NCBI RefSeq assembly: GCF_900187275.1
Contig: NZ_LT906458.1
Location: 1,650,001 to 1,682,000 of the forward strand
Direction: 5' to 3'
Source of the DNA: Pasteurella multocida
GTDB taxonomy: Bacteria; Pseudomonadota; Gammaproteobacteria; Enterobacterales; Pasteurellaceae
DNA: 32,000 nt
Shown here: positions 30,363 to 32,000 of the stretch, piece after piece
Layout: each line of letters opens with the position of its first letter
Numbering within the stretch: the first letter of the stretch is position 1
The notes under the pieces: generated by a model
What the model was told of the DNA's origin: nothing
What the model saw: the letters and a program-made list of their open reading frames with translations, nothing else
Database searches by the model: none
Made by a program: the position numbers and the translations under genes

Positions 30363-32000
30363 TTAGCTGGCGAATTTCGCCTTTAAGACGTCTAATAATT
30401 GATCTTTGGCAATCATTTCTTTTTCACCAGAACGACGATATTTATATTCAATTTCACCTTTCTCGAGATTTTTCTCACCAATCACGATCATATGTGGCAC
30501 GCCGATCAATTCCATATCCGCAAACATCACACCGGGACGCTCTTTACGATCATCAAAAATCACTTCCACGCCTTGGGCAGTTAAAGTGCGGTATAATTCT
30601 TCCGCAAATTGTTGCACGCTTTCCGATTTATGCATATTCATCGGCACAATCGCCACTTTGAATGGGGCAATATTGTCTGGCCAAATAATGCCACGCTCAT
30701 CATGATGCTGTTCAATCGCAGCCGCAATCACACGAGTGACACCAATCCCATAACAGCCCATAATCATGGTTTGCGGGCGACCATCTTCACCTTGTACAGT
30801 GGCGTTCATTGCCGCAGAATATTTGGTGCCTAATTGGAAAATATGCCCAACCTCGATACCACGTTTGATTTGTAGCACACCTTTACCATCTGGACTTGGA
30901 TCGCCTTCCACTACATTACGCAAATCGGCAATGTGTGGCACAGGTAAATCACGTTCCCAGTTAATACCAAAATAATGTTTGCCATCTTGATTCGCACCGG
31001 CTGAGAAGTTATCCATATTGGCGACGGTGCGATCAATCACAATCGGCATTGGTAAATTGATTGGACCTAGCGACCCCGTCCCTGCACCAACTACTGCACG
31101 GATTTCTTCGTCTGTGGCGAATTGTAATGGGCTTGCCACAATATCGACTTTTTCCGCTTTAATTTCATTCAGTTCGTGATCACCACGTACTAACAAGGCC
31201 ACTAACTTGTGACCACTTTCTTCCGTCGCGTGGACGACTAAGGTTTTGACGGTTTTTTCAATCGGTTGATTAAATTGTTCTACCAATTCCGCAATGGTTT
31301 TTGCATTAGGCGTATCCACGACACGTAATTCTTCTGTTGCCGCACCACGTTCACCTAATGCCACCGCTTCGGCAAGTTCAATGTTTGCGGCAAAATCTGA
31401 CTCGGTGGAAAACACCACATCATCTTCACCACTTTGTGCTAACACTTGGAATTCATGAGATGCACTCCCACCAATTGAACCTGTATCCGCTTGCACTGCG
31501 CGAAAATCTAACCCTAAGCGGTTAAAAATATTCGAATAGGTTTCATACATCACATCATAAGTATTTTGCAAACACTCATGAGTAGTATGGAAAGAGTATG
31601 CATCTTTCATCACAAACTCACGCGAACGCATTACGCCGAAACGCGGACGAACTTCATCACGGAATTTGGTTTGAATATGATATAAATTCAATGGTAACTG
31701 CTTATAAGAACTCAATTCACGGCGCACTAAATCGGTAATCACTTCTTCATTGGTTGGTCCAATCACAAAATCACGCTCGCCACGATCTTTAAAACGCAAT
31801 AACTCCGGACCATACTCTTCCCAACGACCAGACTCTTGCCATAATTCTGCTGGTTGCGTGACCGCCATTTTCACTTCTAACGCACCGCTTTTATCCATTT
31901 CTTCACGGATAATCTTTTCTACTTTATTTAAGACACGCAACCCGGTCGGCAACCAAGTATAGAGCCCCGATGCTAACGGACGAATCATGCCCGCACGTAA
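30363..32000 (-). CDS. proS: prolyl-tRNA synthetase, 5' end beyond window
   Basis: [59 protein letters not shown]; frame remains open to 32000. Confidence 0.97.
   Translation of the reverse strand, partial: LRAGMIRPLASGLYTWLPTGLRVLNKVEKIIREEMDKSGALEVKMAVTQPAELWQESGRWEEYGPELLRFKDRGERDFVIGPTNEEVITDLVRRELSSYKQLPLNLYHIQTKFRDEVRPRFGVMRSREFVMKDAYSFHTTHECLQNTYDVMYETYSNIFNRLGLDFRAVQADTGSIGGSASHEFQVLAQSGEDDVVFSTESDFAANIELAEAVALGERGAATEELRVVDTPNAKTIAELVEQFNQPIEKTVKTLVVHATEESGHKLVALLVRGDHELNEIKAEKVDIVASPLQFATDEEIRAVVGAGTGSLGPINLPMPIVIDRTVANMDNFSAGANQDGKHYFGINWERDLPVPHIADLRNVVEGDPSPDGKGVLQIKRGIEVGHIFQLGTKYSAAMNATVQGEDGRPQTMIMGCYGIGVTRVIAAAIEQHHDERGIIWPDNIAPFKVAIVPMNMHKSESVQQFAEELYRTLTAQGVEVIFDDRKERPGVMFADMELIGVPHMIVIGEKNLEKGEIEYKYRRSGEKEMIAKDQLLDVLKAKFAS

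Noticed and set aside
30320-30661. 113-aa plus-strand ORF over the proS 3' end
   Set aside because: Antisense to proS and starts inside the terminator hairpin; spurious.

Overview
This is a contiguous chromosomal window from a Pasteurellaceae genome, probably Pasteurella/Haemophilus-like. The family assignment rests on the protein content and on many Hin-type DNA-uptake-sequence cores (AAGTGCGGT). Housekeeping genes are a PTS EIICB permease, ubiA, hslVU, coaA, a Thr-Tyr-Gly-Thr tRNA cluster plus tuf, pepD, gpt and the 3' part of proS. Two accessory catabolic loci are present. Locus (1), about 7.7-18.7 kb, is an acid-sugar (tetronate: threonate/erythronate) locus. It has ltnD, otnK, otnC, otnI, denD and a GntP-family permease with a divergent DeoR-type regulator. 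Embedded or appended are a cyclase-family hydrolase, an unusual alpha/beta-hydrolase fused to a multi-TM domain, and a secreted esterase-like protein. Locus (2), about 20.9-30.3 kb, is a complete hexuronate pathway: uxuA, a FadR/UxuR-type regulator, a TRAP transporter, an SDR standing in for fructuronate reductase, uxaC, kdgK and eda. Its TRAP binding-protein gene is split by a frameshift, and the whole locus is bracketed by two identical 33-bp terminator hairpins. The most interesting leads are the hydrolase additions to the tetronate operon, the duplicated terminator bracketing the hexuronate cassette, the apparent 8-nt deletion in dctP, and the operator/CRP-like layout of the promoters. I found no evidence for a defence system, phage, IS element, CRISPR array or clearly novel molecular machine. 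All calls are by eye from the sequence and supplied ORFs; no database search was run.
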